Origin: an uncultured Bacilli bacterium
GTDB lineage: Bacteria; Bacillota_I; Bacilli_A; RF39; UBA660
Assembly: GCA_947623685.1 (NCBI GenBank)
Contig: CANQHF010000006.1
Coordinates: forward strand, 1 to 55,026
Length of the DNA stretch: 55,026 bases
Reading direction: 5' to 3'
Shown: positions 37,788 to 48,483 of the stretch, piece after piece
Layout: each line of letters begins with the position of its first letter
Position numbering within the stretch: position 1 is the first letter of the stretch
Position numbers and translations under genes: made by a program
The notes under the pieces: model-generated
Databases searched by the model: none
Seen by the model: only the letters and a program-made list of their open reading frames with translations
What the model was told of the DNA's origin: nothing

Positions 37788-39500
37788 TTAGCGGAAACCG
37801 CCACCGCCTCCTCCACCACCGAAGGAGCCGCCACCACCTCCGCCAGAAGAAAATCCTCCGCCGCCAGATGAATAATTTTGGGCTTTTCGATAAGAATCAT
37901 TTACGGTTTTCATTGCATTATAACTAATCGAATGAATAAATATAATATCACTATAATTGTACCCATAATAATTACTTTCAACTATTTCAGGATATAACTT
38001 TTCAAATTGTTTTGCAACCTTATCTGCAATACCAAGTATTTGAGCGTATATTAAGTAATATTCCCACATATTTACTTCGATTGCTTCTTTATCATCCATT
38101 CTTGAAAATTCTTCTAAAAAGTTTTTTAAACCTTTTAATTTGATTGCATCATCTTTTAATGATCGATCTACTTTATACACTTTTGAACTAAATATTTTAA
38201 AAGTTTTTTTAATGGTAAAAATAATTTTTCCTTCATCTATAAATTTATTACTTTGATAGTCTAATACTTCATCAAACCATGAAAGAATCTCATCATAATT
38301 ATCTTTACACCACTTTTCAAACTCTTTTGATTCTAACATTCCATCTTTACTTGCAATTTTCATCATTTTATATAGTTTTAATTCTAGTATGTTATCAAAT
38401 ACTTCATTTTTTCCTAAATCAATTACTGTTTCTTCTTTATTTTTAAACAATCCCGCTGGAGCTTTAGTTATAGATATTTTCTTTTGCATAAGCCATTTTA
38501 ATAATATAGCTCCAAAAAAATCCGTTTTATTTTTATTTAATTTATAGGACTGTGCAATCCAGAAAGTTTTATAAATATCTTTATCAAATGGTATTTCACG
38601 TATGTTAGGTATATCTTTTGGTAACTTTTTACCATCATATGCAAATTCAAGTATTTTACTACCAACTTTATTATTAGAGTTCTTAAATGCTTTTGCAAAT
38701 ATAAATAACATTACTGTCCAAAACGCAAATTGAAAAAACATAAAAATATATGCTAAAATTGATTCGCTTTCATCGTTTTCTTTATACTTGGTAGCTCCTT
38801 CATTTGCCATATCTTGATAATATTTAAAATCATTATTTAATGTATTATATGTATTAAAAGTATTCTTATCAAACTTAACAAGAATCGTCATATATTCATT
38901 ACTTTCTAAAATACCTTCAGAATTCATCTCAATATATCCATCATATACGTAAGCAGTCCCACCATAATTTCCATAACCCCAAACAGGAAGCTCATCACTA
39001 AAATTATTATCTGAATATATCTTAATATGGACGTTATCTGGTTTAGATGATAATTCATATGGTATTAAAGTCCAATATATCATATCAGCATCATTTACCG
39101 TTGCAACAAAGCCTTCAATATCATAAGTAAGAACATAATCATGATATCCATATGATGATATACCCCAGCATAACTCAATACCATCTGATATGTAATTTAT
39201 TCCGTTTTTATAAGCTTTACTTTTAAAATCTGCATTCGTATTCCAATAATCGTTATATTCATATGTTTTATTATTTTCTTTAACTTTAAAATTAGTTATT
39301 TTAGCATTACCTAAGTTATAATATGGTTTATATCCTTCAGTACCTTCATTTAAATTAACACTCCAAACTTCCGTTATATGGGCTGTTCCATTATTATCTA
39401 AGTATATGTCCATATCAATGTTTGATATACTATTTGCTCTAACGGATATTGGTATTAATAGAAGAATTAATAAAATTATATAATTTAATAATCGTCTCAC
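37788..39500 (-). CDS. DUF2207 family membrane protein
   Basis: Signal peptide, WEYYLIYA..LG motif, C-terminal SSGGGG...GGGFR tail; paired with lemA. Confidence 0.88.
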   Translation of the reverse strand: MRRLLNYIILLILLLIPISVRANSISNIDMDIYLDNNGTAHITEVWSVNLNEGTEGYKPYYNLGNAKITNFKVKENNKTYEYNDYWNTNADFKSKAYKNGINYISDGIELCWGISSYGYHDYVLTYDIEGFVATVNDADMIYWTLIPYELSSKPDNVHIKIYSDNNFSDELPVWGYGNYGGTAYVYDGYIEMNSEGILESNEYMTILVKFDKNTFNTYNTLNNDFKYYQDMANEGATKYKENDESESILAYIFMFFQFAFWTVMLFIFAKAFKNSNNKVGSKILEFAYDGKKLPKDIPNIREIPFDKDIYKTFWIAQSYKLNKNKTDFFGAILLKWLMQKKISITKAPAGLFKNKEETVIDLGKNEVFDNILELKLYKMMKIASKDGMLESKEFEKWCKDNYDEILSWFDEVLDYQSNKFIDEGKIIFTIKKTFKIFSSKVYKVDRSLKDDAIKLKGLKNFLEEFSRMDDKEAIEVNMWEYYLIYAQILGIADKVAKQFEKLYPEIVESNYYGYNYSDIIFIHSISYNAMKTVNDSYRKAQNYSSGGGGFSSGGGGGGSFGGGGGGGGFR

Positions 39501-39541
39501 ATTAACCTCCTAAAATAAAAAAGTCTACCATTTATAGCAGA

Positions 39542-40093
39542 CTAAAACTTAACTTGTACGTTTTTTCTTTCATCATCAGTTGCTTCAAAAAACGCTTCAG
39601 GTTTAAATCCAAAAATATTAGCTACTATGTTTGATGGAAACATTTCAAGCTTGTTTTTATAACTTAATACGCAATCATTATAGAATTGTCTTGCAAAACG
39701 AATTTTTTCTTCTACTTCGTTTAATTTGTTTTGTAAATCTATAAAATTAGCGTTAGCCTTTAAATCTGGATAGCTTTCAGCTAGAGCAAATAATTTTCCT
39801 AAAGCATTACTAATTTCTCCAGCAGCTTTTATTTCTTCTTCCCTATTTGTTGCTGATACTGCCTTATTTCTTGCGTTTATAACTTCATTTAACGTTTCTT
39901 TTTCATGCTTGGCATATCCTTTTACCGTTTCAACGATATTAGGTATTAAATCATTACGATTTTTTAACGCAACGTCGATTTGAGCCCACTCATTTTTTAC
40001 CTTGTTTCTTAAATTTACTAAATTATTGTATGTAGCTGTTATATATAATAAAATTAACACTACAACCACTATGATTATAATTAATGCTGTCAT
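39542..40093 (-). CDS. lemA: LemA family protein
   Basis: YNNLV.LRN, DLIPN, VKGYAKHE, E.YPDLKAN.NF, FPSN. Confidence 0.95.
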   Translation of the reverse strand: MTALIIIIVVVVLILLYITATYNNLVNLRNKVKNEWAQIDVALKNRNDLIPNIVETVKGYAKHEKETLNEVINARNKAVSATNREEEIKAAGEISNALGKLFALAESYPDLKANANFIDLQNKLNEVEEKIRFARQFYNDCVLSYKNKLEMFPSNIVANIFGFKPEAFFEATDDERKNVQVKF

Positions 40094-40147
40094 TTTATAT
40101 CCTCCTATATTTATAATATAATATGAAAATAAAAAAGTAAAGAAATT

Positions 40148-41203
40148 CTATTTATTTTTTTTAATTTTGTTTATTTTAAGCATTATTTCACTTTTATAGG
40201 ATCTTATAATAGCAATTATAATAATGGTTAATGGAACCGCTAATACAATACCAGTAAATCCAAATAACGCACCACCTGCAAAAACCGAAAAAATGGTAAG
40301 TAATGCTGGAATTTGATTAGTTTTATCATATATCTTAGGAGATATTATATAACCATCTATATTTGGGAAAACAATCGTTATAATAAGTGTCAAAATAAAT
40401 AATTTTTTTGATATAACAGATGCAATTAAAAGTGCTAAAAGATTCGTAAAAATTCCCCCAAAATAAGGAATAATAGTTGTAATACACGCAAGCGTGCCAA
40501 TAAGTAAAAAGTTTGGGTGACCAATTATAAAAAACAAAAAGGTATATTCAAAAAACTGGATTATCATAAAAATACCAAGACCTTTTAAATAAGCGTATAT
40601 TTCATGATCAAGGGTTTTTAATAATTCATACTTTCTTTTGTTTTTCTTAAATAAATATTCTTTTATTTTTTTTCTTATCGCTTGCATATAATTTAAAAAA
40701 TATATCGATACAATTGATACTATGATTGTATTAGTAAGATAACTTATTGAGGTATTTAAAAAATTAAATATTGTACCATTATCCAAAGCCATTTCAACGT
40801 ACTTAAATATTTTTGATGAGTATTTATTAATATATTCATTTATTACGTTTGTATTTACCCCATAATCTTTTGCAATGTTAGTGGTAAATTTAGTTAGGTT
40901 TGAAAATAAATTTATTAATTGATTAACAAATATTGGTAAAACAAAATATGAGATGGCCGTTATGGTTAAAATAAGTACGCTAACAACAATGATAATTGAT
41001 AACCACTTAGGAATTTTTCTTTTCGTTAAAAATTTCACAAATGGATATAAAACATACGCAATTAAAAACGAAATAATAAATGGAAGTAAGATGTTTATTA
41101 TCTTAACTAAAGCATTAACCCATAATGATCGCATTAAAAATAGCAAGTAAGCGATTGCTAATAATAAGAGTATGTTTATGTATTTGTAATTAACACTCTT
41201 CAT
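40148..41203 (-). CDS. AI-2E family transporter
   Basis: PF.I..LIAYVL.P, IPYFG, ISPKI, GFTGIVLAVP. Confidence 0.88.
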   Translation of the reverse strand: MKSVNYKYINILLLLAIAYLLFLMRSLWVNALVKIINILLPFIISFLIAYVLYPFVKFLTKRKIPKWLSIIIVVSVLILTITAISYFVLPIFVNQLINLFSNLTKFTTNIAKDYGVNTNVINEYINKYSSKIFKYVEMALDNGTIFNFLNTSISYLTNTIIVSIVSIYFLNYMQAIRKKIKEYLFKKNKRKYELLKTLDHEIYAYLKGLGIFMIIQFFEYTFLFFIIGHPNFLLIGTLACITTIIPYFGGIFTNLLALLIASVISKKLFILTLIITIVFPNIDGYIISPKIYDKTNQIPALLTIFSVFAGGALFGFTGIVLAVPLTIIIIAIIRSYKSEIMLKINKIKKNK

Positions 41204-41649
41204 TAGAAATCCTCCTTGCTATCTATTATTATGGTAATTGGCCCATCATTTACTAAACTTACCATCATGTCCGCACCAAATATTCCGGTTTGAACATTAA
41301 TATCTTCATTAATTAGTTTATGATTAAAATACTCATATAATTCTTTAGCATCATCATAATTTAAGGCATTAGTAAACGATGGCCTTCTTCCATTTAATTT
41401 TGAATACAAAGTAAACTGTGATATTGATAAAATCTTACCATTAACATCTTTTATACTTAAATTAAGTTTAGAATTAGAATCAGAAAAAATTCTTAAGTTT
41501 ACTATTTTATTTACCATTTTATCCACGATTTGTTTATCATCATCATTTGTAAATCCAACTAAAATAACATAACCATAATCAATTTTCCCAATTACTTTAT
41601 CATCAACTTTAACGGACGCATTTTTGCTTCTTTGAATTACTACCCGCAT
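41203..41649 (-). CDS. dtd: D-aminoacyl-tRNA deacylase
   Basis: MRVVIQR, SQFTL, RPSF, NDGP. Confidence 0.96.
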   Translation of the reverse strand: MRVVIQRSKNASVKVDDKVIGKIDYGYVILVGFTNDDDKQIVDKMVNKIVNLRIFSDSNSKLNLSIKDVNGKILSISQFTLYSKLNGRRPSFTNALNYDDAKELYEYFNHKLINEDINVQTGIFGADMMVSLVNDGPITIIIDSKEDF

Positions 41650-43805
41650 TATTTATTACCTCTTTCAACTGACGTTACGTATTCAATTTGACCAATTATA
41701 TTCATATAATTATCTAATTTTTCTTTATCTTCAACTAAAATTTCTAAATCATAAGCGTTATAATCAACGTTTGATATCGTATTTACACTTTTTACACCAA
41801 CGTTCATTGATGTTGTTTTAGAAATTATATCAAGCAAGATATTATCTTTTTTTTCAGTGTATATTATAACGTTAGTAACGTACTTTTTATTTGATAAAGG
41901 ATTCCATGAAACATTTATAATTCGTTCGTTTAAATCACAAATGTTATGGCATGTTTTAAGGTGAATCGTAATTCCATTACCCTTTGAGATATAACCTACG
42001 ATATCATCTCCTTTAACAGGCATACAACATCCACCAAAGGATACTTTTAAATCACTCATTCCATCAATAATAACATCTCCATTAGCTTCTAAAACCTTTG
42101 ATGAATACTTAAGAACTTTATCTAATGAATTATCATTATTTTCTTTTTCATTATTAGTTAATAATTTTAAAATACTAGTTGGATTATGTTTCCCAATACC
42201 TATTTCATAATATAAATCATTTTCACTTGATAAATTAAGTTCATTTAAAACAGATTTTATTTTTTTATCATCAAGTACTTCATTAATAGATAATTTTTTT
42301 CTTCTTATTAACTTTAATAACATATCCTTACCTGTTAATGTGGTCTGTTGTTTATCATTTTTAGCAAAAAAACTCTTGATTTTATTTTTGGCACTTGTTG
42401 TAAAGGCAATGTTTATCCATTCTTGGGATGGACCTTTGCTATTTTTATTAGTATTTATTTTAACTATGTCACCATCTTTTAGTTTATAATCTAATGGGAC
42501 AATATTATCATTAACGATTGCACCAACCATTTGATGACCAACGGAAGTATGAACGCGATACGCAAAATCAATTGGGGTTGAACCAACTGGTAGTTCAAAA
42601 ACGTCCCCTTTTGGTGTATAAACGTATATGTGGTCTGATGTAAACACTTCATTTTTAACGGTGTTAACAAAATCTTCTCCTTCAACTTGTTGCTCATTTA
42701 ACTCAATAACTGATCTAAACGCTAATAATTTTTTTTCTAAATCGCTTGATTTACCATGTTCTTTATAAGACCAATGTGATGCAAAACCATACTCTGCAAC
42801 CTTATCCATTTCATAGGTTCTTATTTGAATTTCAAAAAGCTTTCCGTCAACGCCAAAAACAGTTGTGTGTAATGATTGATAACCATTCGGCTTAGGTCTT
42901 GCAATATAATCTTTAAACCTTTTTGGAACCGGCTTAAACTTTGCGTGAATAGCACCAAGTGCTAAATAACACTCTGCTTCCGTGTTAACAAAATACCTAA
43001 GTGCTAAAATATCATAAATTTGATTAAATGTTTTACCTTTTTGAAGCTTATTATAAATACTATAAACGCTTTTACTTCTTCCTTTTGCTTCGTGTGGGAT
43101 ATTATTATCATTTAATATTTTAGATACGCTTTTCATCATTTTGTTAACAGATTGATCTAATTCTCCCCTTGATTGACTTAATTTTTCTAAAATATCATTA
43201 TAAACATCTGGTTTATAATATTTTAGACTTAAATCTTCAAGCTCACTTTTAATATGATTAATTCCAAGCCCATGCGCAATCGGAACTAATATTTCTAATG
43301 TTTCCTTTGCTTTTTCTTTTCTTTTTTCAGCTGGAATAGCCCATAAAGTTCTCATGTTATGAAGACGATCCGCAACTTTTAAAATAATTATTCTTACGTC
43401 ACCAGATAAACCAACTAATATTTTCTTATGATATGAAATTAAAGCTTCGTTATCAGTAGAAAGTGATAGTTTATTAATTTTGGTTATTCCATCTACTAAA
43501 TCTTTTATTTCTTTTCCAAATTCTTTTTCTACCATATCAATTGTTGTATTAGTAAAATTAATAACATCATGCAATAAAGCGGTTGCTAAAGTTTGTGCAT
43601 CTGCATAAACTTCGGTTAAAATCATTGCAACATTTAATGGATGAAGCATGTATTCGTCACCAGTTAATCTTAGTTGCCCAGCGTGCGCTTTACTTGCAAA
43701 AAGATATGCGTTTTTAATTAAATCTAATTCATCTTGCTTTTTTATATAAGTTTTTGCTTTATTAAGTAAATCATCGATGCTATATGCTTTTTCTTTTTGT
43801 TTCAC
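41649..43805 (-). CDS. relA: Long RSH (p)ppGpp synthetase Rel (HD-SYN-TGS-ZFD-ACT)
   Basis: ADRLHNMRTL, RFKDYI, YQSLHT, EIQIRT, TGS TP.DFAY.VH, CCMP. Confidence 0.95.
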   Translation of the reverse strand: MKQKEKAYSIDDLLNKAKTYIKKQDELDLIKNAYLFASKAHAGQLRLTGDEYMLHPLNVAMILTEVYADAQTLATALLHDVINFTNTTIDMVEKEFGKEIKDLVDGITKINKLSLSTDNEALISYHKKILVGLSGDVRIIILKVADRLHNMRTLWAIPAEKRKEKAKETLEILVPIAHGLGINHIKSELEDLSLKYYKPDVYNDILEKLSQSRGELDQSVNKMMKSVSKILNDNNIPHEAKGRSKSVYSIYNKLQKGKTFNQIYDILALRYFVNTEAECYLALGAIHAKFKPVPKRFKDYIARPKPNGYQSLHTTVFGVDGKLFEIQIRTYEMDKVAEYGFASHWSYKEHGKSSDLEKKLLAFRSVIELNEQQVEGEDFVNTVKNEVFTSDHIYVYTPKGDVFELPVGSTPIDFAYRVHTSVGHQMVGAIVNDNIVPLDYKLKDGDIVKINTNKNSKGPSQEWINIAFTTSAKNKIKSFFAKNDKQQTTLTGKDMLLKLIRRKKLSINEVLDDKKIKSVLNELNLSSENDLYYEIGIGKHNPTSILKLLTNNEKENNDNSLDKVLKYSSKVLEANGDVIIDGMSDLKVSFGGCCMPVKGDDIVGYISKGNGITIHLKTCHNICDLNERIINVSWNPLSNKKYVTNVIIYTEKKDNILLDIISKTTSMNVGVKSVNTISNVDYNAYDLEILVEDKEKLDNYMNIIGQIEYVTSVERGNK

Positions 43806-43819
43806 TTATCATACCCTCT

Positions 43820-45979
43820 TTATTTTTTACAATTTTTCTTTTCAATTAAATACCAAATTTGTCCTGCTAGTAAAATTGATGAATAGCAACCTGCAATAAG
43901 ACCAAAAATCAATGCAATGTTAAATGGTAATATTCCTTTAGAACCAAGAATAATTAAACATACTACTGGAATTAGCGTTGTAATAGTTGTGTATATAGCA
44001 CGTTTAAACGTTTCAGTTATACTTTTATTTACTACATATTTAAGTTCGTCTTTAGTAATTTTATTTTTATATAATCGCATATTTTCTCTTATTCTATCAA
44101 ATACAACAATCGTATTGTTAATTGAATAACCAACAATTGTTAAAATTGCTGCGATGAAAATAACATTTACTTCTATTTTTAATATAGAAAATAATATTAT
44201 TACAAATAATACATCGTGAATAAGCGCTAAAATAGATGATATTGCGTAGCTAAATTTAAATCTAATTGATATGTAAATTATTATCGCAATTGCCGCGATT
44301 AAAACAGAATAAAAGGCGTTTTTAATAAGTTCTTGCTTAACAATGTTAGTAACAACGTTTATTTCTGTTTTAGCATCATACTTTTTGGCAAAATAATTAT
44401 TTACTTTATTTATACCATTTTCTTTTAATTCAGTATTTAGTTTTATGTATATTTCATTATTTTCTTGCTTATTTATTGAAACAACATCATAACCTAATTT
44501 CTTCATATCATTTCTTACTTCTTTTACGCTAATTTTATCAGCGCTTAAGGTAATATCTGATCCTGATCTAAAATCAATTCCTAAATTAAGACCATTAACT
44601 ATCAAAAATACGATACCTAAAACAAGATATATTAATGTTACTGCAATATTTTTCTTAATTAGTCCAATTGAATTTATCGTTATTTTCTTTTTTTCATTTT
44701 TATTTTTAGAATTATATCTTATGAATTTATTAGGATTATTATCAAATACTTTTGAATTAACAAACCATTTTAATAATTTTCGGTTAATAAATACCATAAT
44801 AAACATCGTTGCAAAGATAGTAATAATAAGCATAGTAGCAAAACCTTTTACCTGGCTTTCACCAAAGATAAATAAAACGATTGCAACAATAAGAGTTGTT
44901 ACGTTTGCATCAAAAATGCTACTCCATGATTCACTATTACCAGCTTCATAAGCCGTCTTTAAGCTCTTACCAGAAATTAATTCTTCTTTAATTCTTTCGT
45001 TTGTTACAACGCACGAATCAACAGCCATACCAATACCTAATACCAAAGCAGCAATACCAGGAAGAGTTAAAACACCACCTATTAACCAGAAAATACCCAT
45101 TACCAAAAGCATATACAATAAAAGATTGATTCCTGAAATAAATCCAGAAAATTTATATATTAAACTCATAAATAATATAACGATTATCATACCAATTAAA
45201 CCAGCGGTAAAAGTCTTTGATAAAACACCTTTACCGTAAGATGCGTTTACGTTTTGTGATGAAATTTCGGTTAATTTAGTTGAAATTGAACCAGCATTAA
45301 TACTTGTTGCTAAACTTTCAGCTTCTTCTTTTTCAAAATTGCCAGTAATTATAACATCACTTGAAAAACCTTGAGATACGGTGGCAGCAGATAAACATAC
45401 GCTTCCTTCATCACCACAAGTTTCACCATCTTTTTCATATGAGTTAACACCATTTTCAAAGTTATACCAAATAACCATAATGTTTTTACCTGATTCTTTA
45501 GAACTTACCTTCGTTGTTACATCTAAAAATTTTTCTTTATCTTGAACTTGTAAAGATATTGCAGGTTTACCTTTTTCATCATATGAAAGTTTGGCGCTAC
45601 TAATAACACTTGAGTCCATTAAAAGCTTATCATCAACGTCTCTAAAAGATATGTTAGCAACGTTAGATAAAGTTTTTCTAGCGCCTTCAATATCTGTTAC
45701 GCCAGCTAATTTAACCCTTATTCGATCAGAACCTTCCATGGTTATTTCTGGTTCTGATACTCCAAGAGCATCAACGTTTCTTTTTAAAACGTCATAAGTA
45801 CTATTCATATCAGTTTGTTTAAGTTTTTTGCCATCACTTCTTTTAACTTGATATAAAACCTCAAATCCACCTTTTAAATCAAGGCCAAACTTCATATCTT
45901 TAAATAGTGGAATAAATAATAAACTAAATAAAATTACCACCATAAAAAAAGTAAGCAATCTCTTAATAAATTTCTTCAT
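43820..45979 (-). CDS. secDF: Protein translocase SecDF fusion
   Basis: GLDLKGG, LGVSEP, TLPGIA, GMAVD, LGIDF, GYSIN..IVVFDRIRE; start moved to ATG 45979. Confidence 0.95.
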   Translation of the reverse strand: MKKFIKRLLTFFMVVILFSLLFIPLFKDMKFGLDLKGGFEVLYQVKRSDGKKLKQTDMNSTYDVLKRNVDALGVSEPEITMEGSDRIRVKLAGVTDIEGARKTLSNVANISFRDVDDKLLMDSSVISSAKLSYDEKGKPAISLQVQDKEKFLDVTTKVSSKESGKNIMVIWYNFENGVNSYEKDGETCGDEGSVCLSAATVSQGFSSDVIITGNFEKEEAESLATSINAGSISTKLTEISSQNVNASYGKGVLSKTFTAGLIGMIIVILFMSLIYKFSGFISGINLLLYMLLVMGIFWLIGGVLTLPGIAALVLGIGMAVDSCVVTNERIKEELISGKSLKTAYEAGNSESWSSIFDANVTTLIVAIVLFIFGESQVKGFATMLIITIFATMFIMVFINRKLLKWFVNSKVFDNNPNKFIRYNSKNKNEKKKITINSIGLIKKNIAVTLIYLVLGIVFLIVNGLNLGIDFRSGSDITLSADKISVKEVRNDMKKLGYDVVSINKQENNEIYIKLNTELKENGINKVNNYFAKKYDAKTEINVVTNIVKQELIKNAFYSVLIAAIAIIIYISIRFKFSYAISSILALIHDVLFVIILFSILKIEVNVIFIAAILTIVGYSINNTIVVFDRIRENMRLYKNKITKDELKYVVNKSITETFKRAIYTTITTLIPVVCLIILGSKGILPFNIALIFGLIAGCYSSILLAGQIWYLIEKKNCKK

Positions 45980-46160
45980 ATTTTTTACCATCCTTATAAA
46001 TATATTTCTAGCAAAATAAATAACTTTTACTAACACTAAATATTATATAACATATGTTATATAAAATCAAAGATAAAAAGACATAAATTAATGTTTTTAT
46101 CTTTTTTTAATATTAAAAGATAATTATAGTAATACCAAAATAATTTACATATACTTTAAT

Positions 46161-47465
46161 ATGATTAAATTTAAAAATAATTTACTTATAAAAAATATTA
46201 TAATTTTATTAATATCTGGAGCGGTTGCTAAAGTACTTGGTATGATTGGTAAAATAATATACACAAGAATTGCCGGAATTAACGTAGTTGGTTTATACAC
46301 CATGATAACCCCTACCCTAATGTTAATAATTAGTTTAACACAATTTAGTTTTCCAATATCAATTAGCAAGCTAAGTGCCGAAGAAAAATATAAGGATAAT
46401 GACCTTTTAAAAAGTGCTTATTTTATTGGTTTTATAATTAACGTAGTAATTATCATAACCGTTGTTTTAGCAGCATCATTAATTGCAAAAATGCTTCATA
46501 ACAAATTACTTGCAGGCCCAATTATGTCCATATCATTAATTATTCCGTTTGTTATGATAAGTAGTATTCAAAGAGGATTTTTGCATGGTAAAGAAGATAT
46601 GCTTTTTCCATCAATTACTAACGTTACCGAAGAAATCATTAAAATAATATTAATTATCATATTACTTCCAATAGCAATTTTAAAATCTTCTATTTTAGCA
46701 GTTACTTTTATCATATTATTTAACGTAATTACTGAATTTACTAGTATTATGATAATGCAAAAATGCATAAATAAAAAATACAATATAAAGCAAAAAGGAA
46801 AAATAAGTTTAGTAATCATAAAAGATATTTTAAAAATATCTTTTCCAACCACGATGGTTAGATTAATATCTTCATTAGGATTCTTTTTAGAACCTATTAT
46901 TCTTACAAACACCCTTTTATCAACTGGATTTTCTTCTAACTACATAACTTTAGAATATGGAGTTATTAACTCATACATAATTCCATTACTATCAATTCCA
47001 AGCTTTTTTTCTATTTCAATAGCATCAGCCCTACTTCCTAACATAACAAAAGAATACGCAAATAAAAAATATAAAACATTTAATAAAAAGTTACTAAAAT
47101 TAATGTTTTTATCAATGCTTGTTGGTCTTGTTTGCTTAAGTATTATTTTAATTTTCCCAGATGAAATATTAAAACTAATTTATAACGTTAATTTTGGTAT
47201 TAACTACATATATTTAATCGGACCATTTTTCTTAATTTTATATATGCAGCCTACATTATCAGTTGCTCTTCAAGCAATGGGAAAAACAAATAAATTATTT
47301 TTAACATCAACTATTTCCATGATTTTAAAGTATGTTGTATTATATATATTTGGTAAATTAGGTTTTGGGATGAACTGTCTTATTTTTTCAATAATTACCG
47401 GTATAATCGTAACGACATCTTTAGTTTTATTTATTGTATTAAAAGAATTAAATAAAAAAATCTAA
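46161..47465 (+). CDS. spoVB: SpoVB-like MOP flippase (spore cortex)
   Basis: MOP motifs (FPISISKL.AE, RGFLHG, EPII, LQAMG); divergent from secDF, in the tgt-secDF block as in Bacillus. Confidence 0.8.
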   Translation: MIKFKNNLLIKNIIILLISGAVAKVLGMIGKIIYTRIAGINVVGLYTMITPTLMLIISLTQFSFPISISKLSAEEKYKDNDLLKSAYFIGFIINVVIIITVVLAASLIAKMLHNKLLAGPIMSISLIIPFVMISSIQRGFLHGKEDMLFPSITNVTEEIIKIILIIILLPIAILKSSILAVTFIILFNVITEFTSIMIMQKCINKKYNIKQKGKISLVIIKDILKISFPTTMVRLISSLGFFLEPIILTNTLLSTGFSSNYITLEYGVINSYIIPLLSIPSFFSISIASALLPNITKEYANKKYKTFNKKLLKLMFLSMLVGLVCLSIILIFPDEILKLIYNVNFGINYIYLIGPFFLILYMQPTLSVALQAMGKTNKLFLTSTISMILKYVVLYIFGKLGFGMNCLIFSIITGIIVTTSLVLFIVLKELNKKI

Positions 47466-47668
47466 CGCTTACTGTTAGATTTTTTAACCTTTATATAAAT
47501 AAATATAAAAATGTTAAATAATATTAAGATTATGTGCAATGGATAAGTAATATCCCTTATTATAATTTGAATAATTAAAAGTATTATTGCAAAAATATCA
47601 AGTGCTATTACACTTTTAATTAGATATTGAAATTCATTTTTTTTATTTATTTCGTTACTATTCTTCAT
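47462..47668 (-). CDS. Small hypothetical membrane protein
   Basis: ATG 47668 behind GAGG, overlapping the upstream stop; two hydrophobic segments. Confidence 0.5.
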   Translation of the reverse strand: MKNSNEINKKNEFQYLIKSVIALDIFAIILLIIQIIIRDITYPLHIILILFNIFIFIYIKVKKSNSKR

Positions 47669-48431
47669 AATTAGCCTCATTGTTACTCGTAAGTGAGCAT
47701 ACAAAACCTTTTTTAGTATAAACATCTTGAATTAATGATACCGTATCGTTAGCATTTGGTTTTTCAAATAAAATCGTTTGGTTATCTATTAAAACTAGAT
47801 TTTCATAAGCTTTTTTTTCATAATCAATTACCGCGCTAAAATTAAAACCAGTTTCGGTTTTTTCGTAGCTAACGTTATTTAAAAGTATGGATGCATTATT
47901 TATAAAAAACGTTTCGTACTGTTTTTTTAAATCTTCAATGATTGCGGATGAAGTATCAGAATTAGACATTGCAACATAATTAAAAGTAGATTTAAGTATT
48001 TTTTCATTTTCATAATTAGCGGTGTATGTTACACTTTGATTTTCAGCATCAGATTTAGATGAATAAGTACAAGTTAATGTACCAACTTCATTTTTCTTCG
48101 TAGTAAATGGCCTTATCGTGGTTGTTTTAGGAGCAACGTCTTTTGTTGTTCTACCAAAATCAGATTTATTATTAACATAATATAATATAAGTAATACGAT
48201 AACTGCAATTAAAACTCCAATAATAGTATAATTAGGCTTTTTATTAGACATAAGTATTTCATCGTTAGTAACCGGATCAATTACCACCGTGTTATTAACC
48301 GCACCATCATATAAATCGTCTAAGTTAATTTCCCGAGTAACATTATCTACTTCTTCTGGAATTCTATCAGTATTTTCCATATCATCATTAGTTAATTTAA
48401 CTTCATCGTCTTTTCTATTTTGATTTTCCAT
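47658..48431 (-). CDS. Hypothetical single-pass membrane protein
   Basis: Acidic N-terminus, TM, external domain bounded by LTCTY...GFVC. Confidence 0.7.
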   Translation of the reverse strand: MENQNRKDDEVKLTNDDMENTDRIPEEVDNVTREINLDDLYDGAVNNTVVIDPVTNDEILMSNKKPNYTIIGVLIAVIVLLILYYVNNKSDFGRTTKDVAPKTTTIRPFTTKKNEVGTLTCTYSSKSDAENQSVTYTANYENEKILKSTFNYVAMSNSDTSSAIIEDLKKQYETFFINNASILLNNVSYEKTETGFNFSAVIDYEKKAYENLVLIDNQTILFEKPNANDTVSLIQDVYTKKGFVCSLTSNNEANYEE

Positions 48432-48483
48432 TTAAACACCACCTACATTAACATAATAACATATTATTTTTTAATTTTTATTA

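Noticed and set aside
37790-37870. GC-rich CCGCCA-repeat patch
   Set aside because: It encodes the normal poly-Gly C-terminus of DUF2207 proteins.
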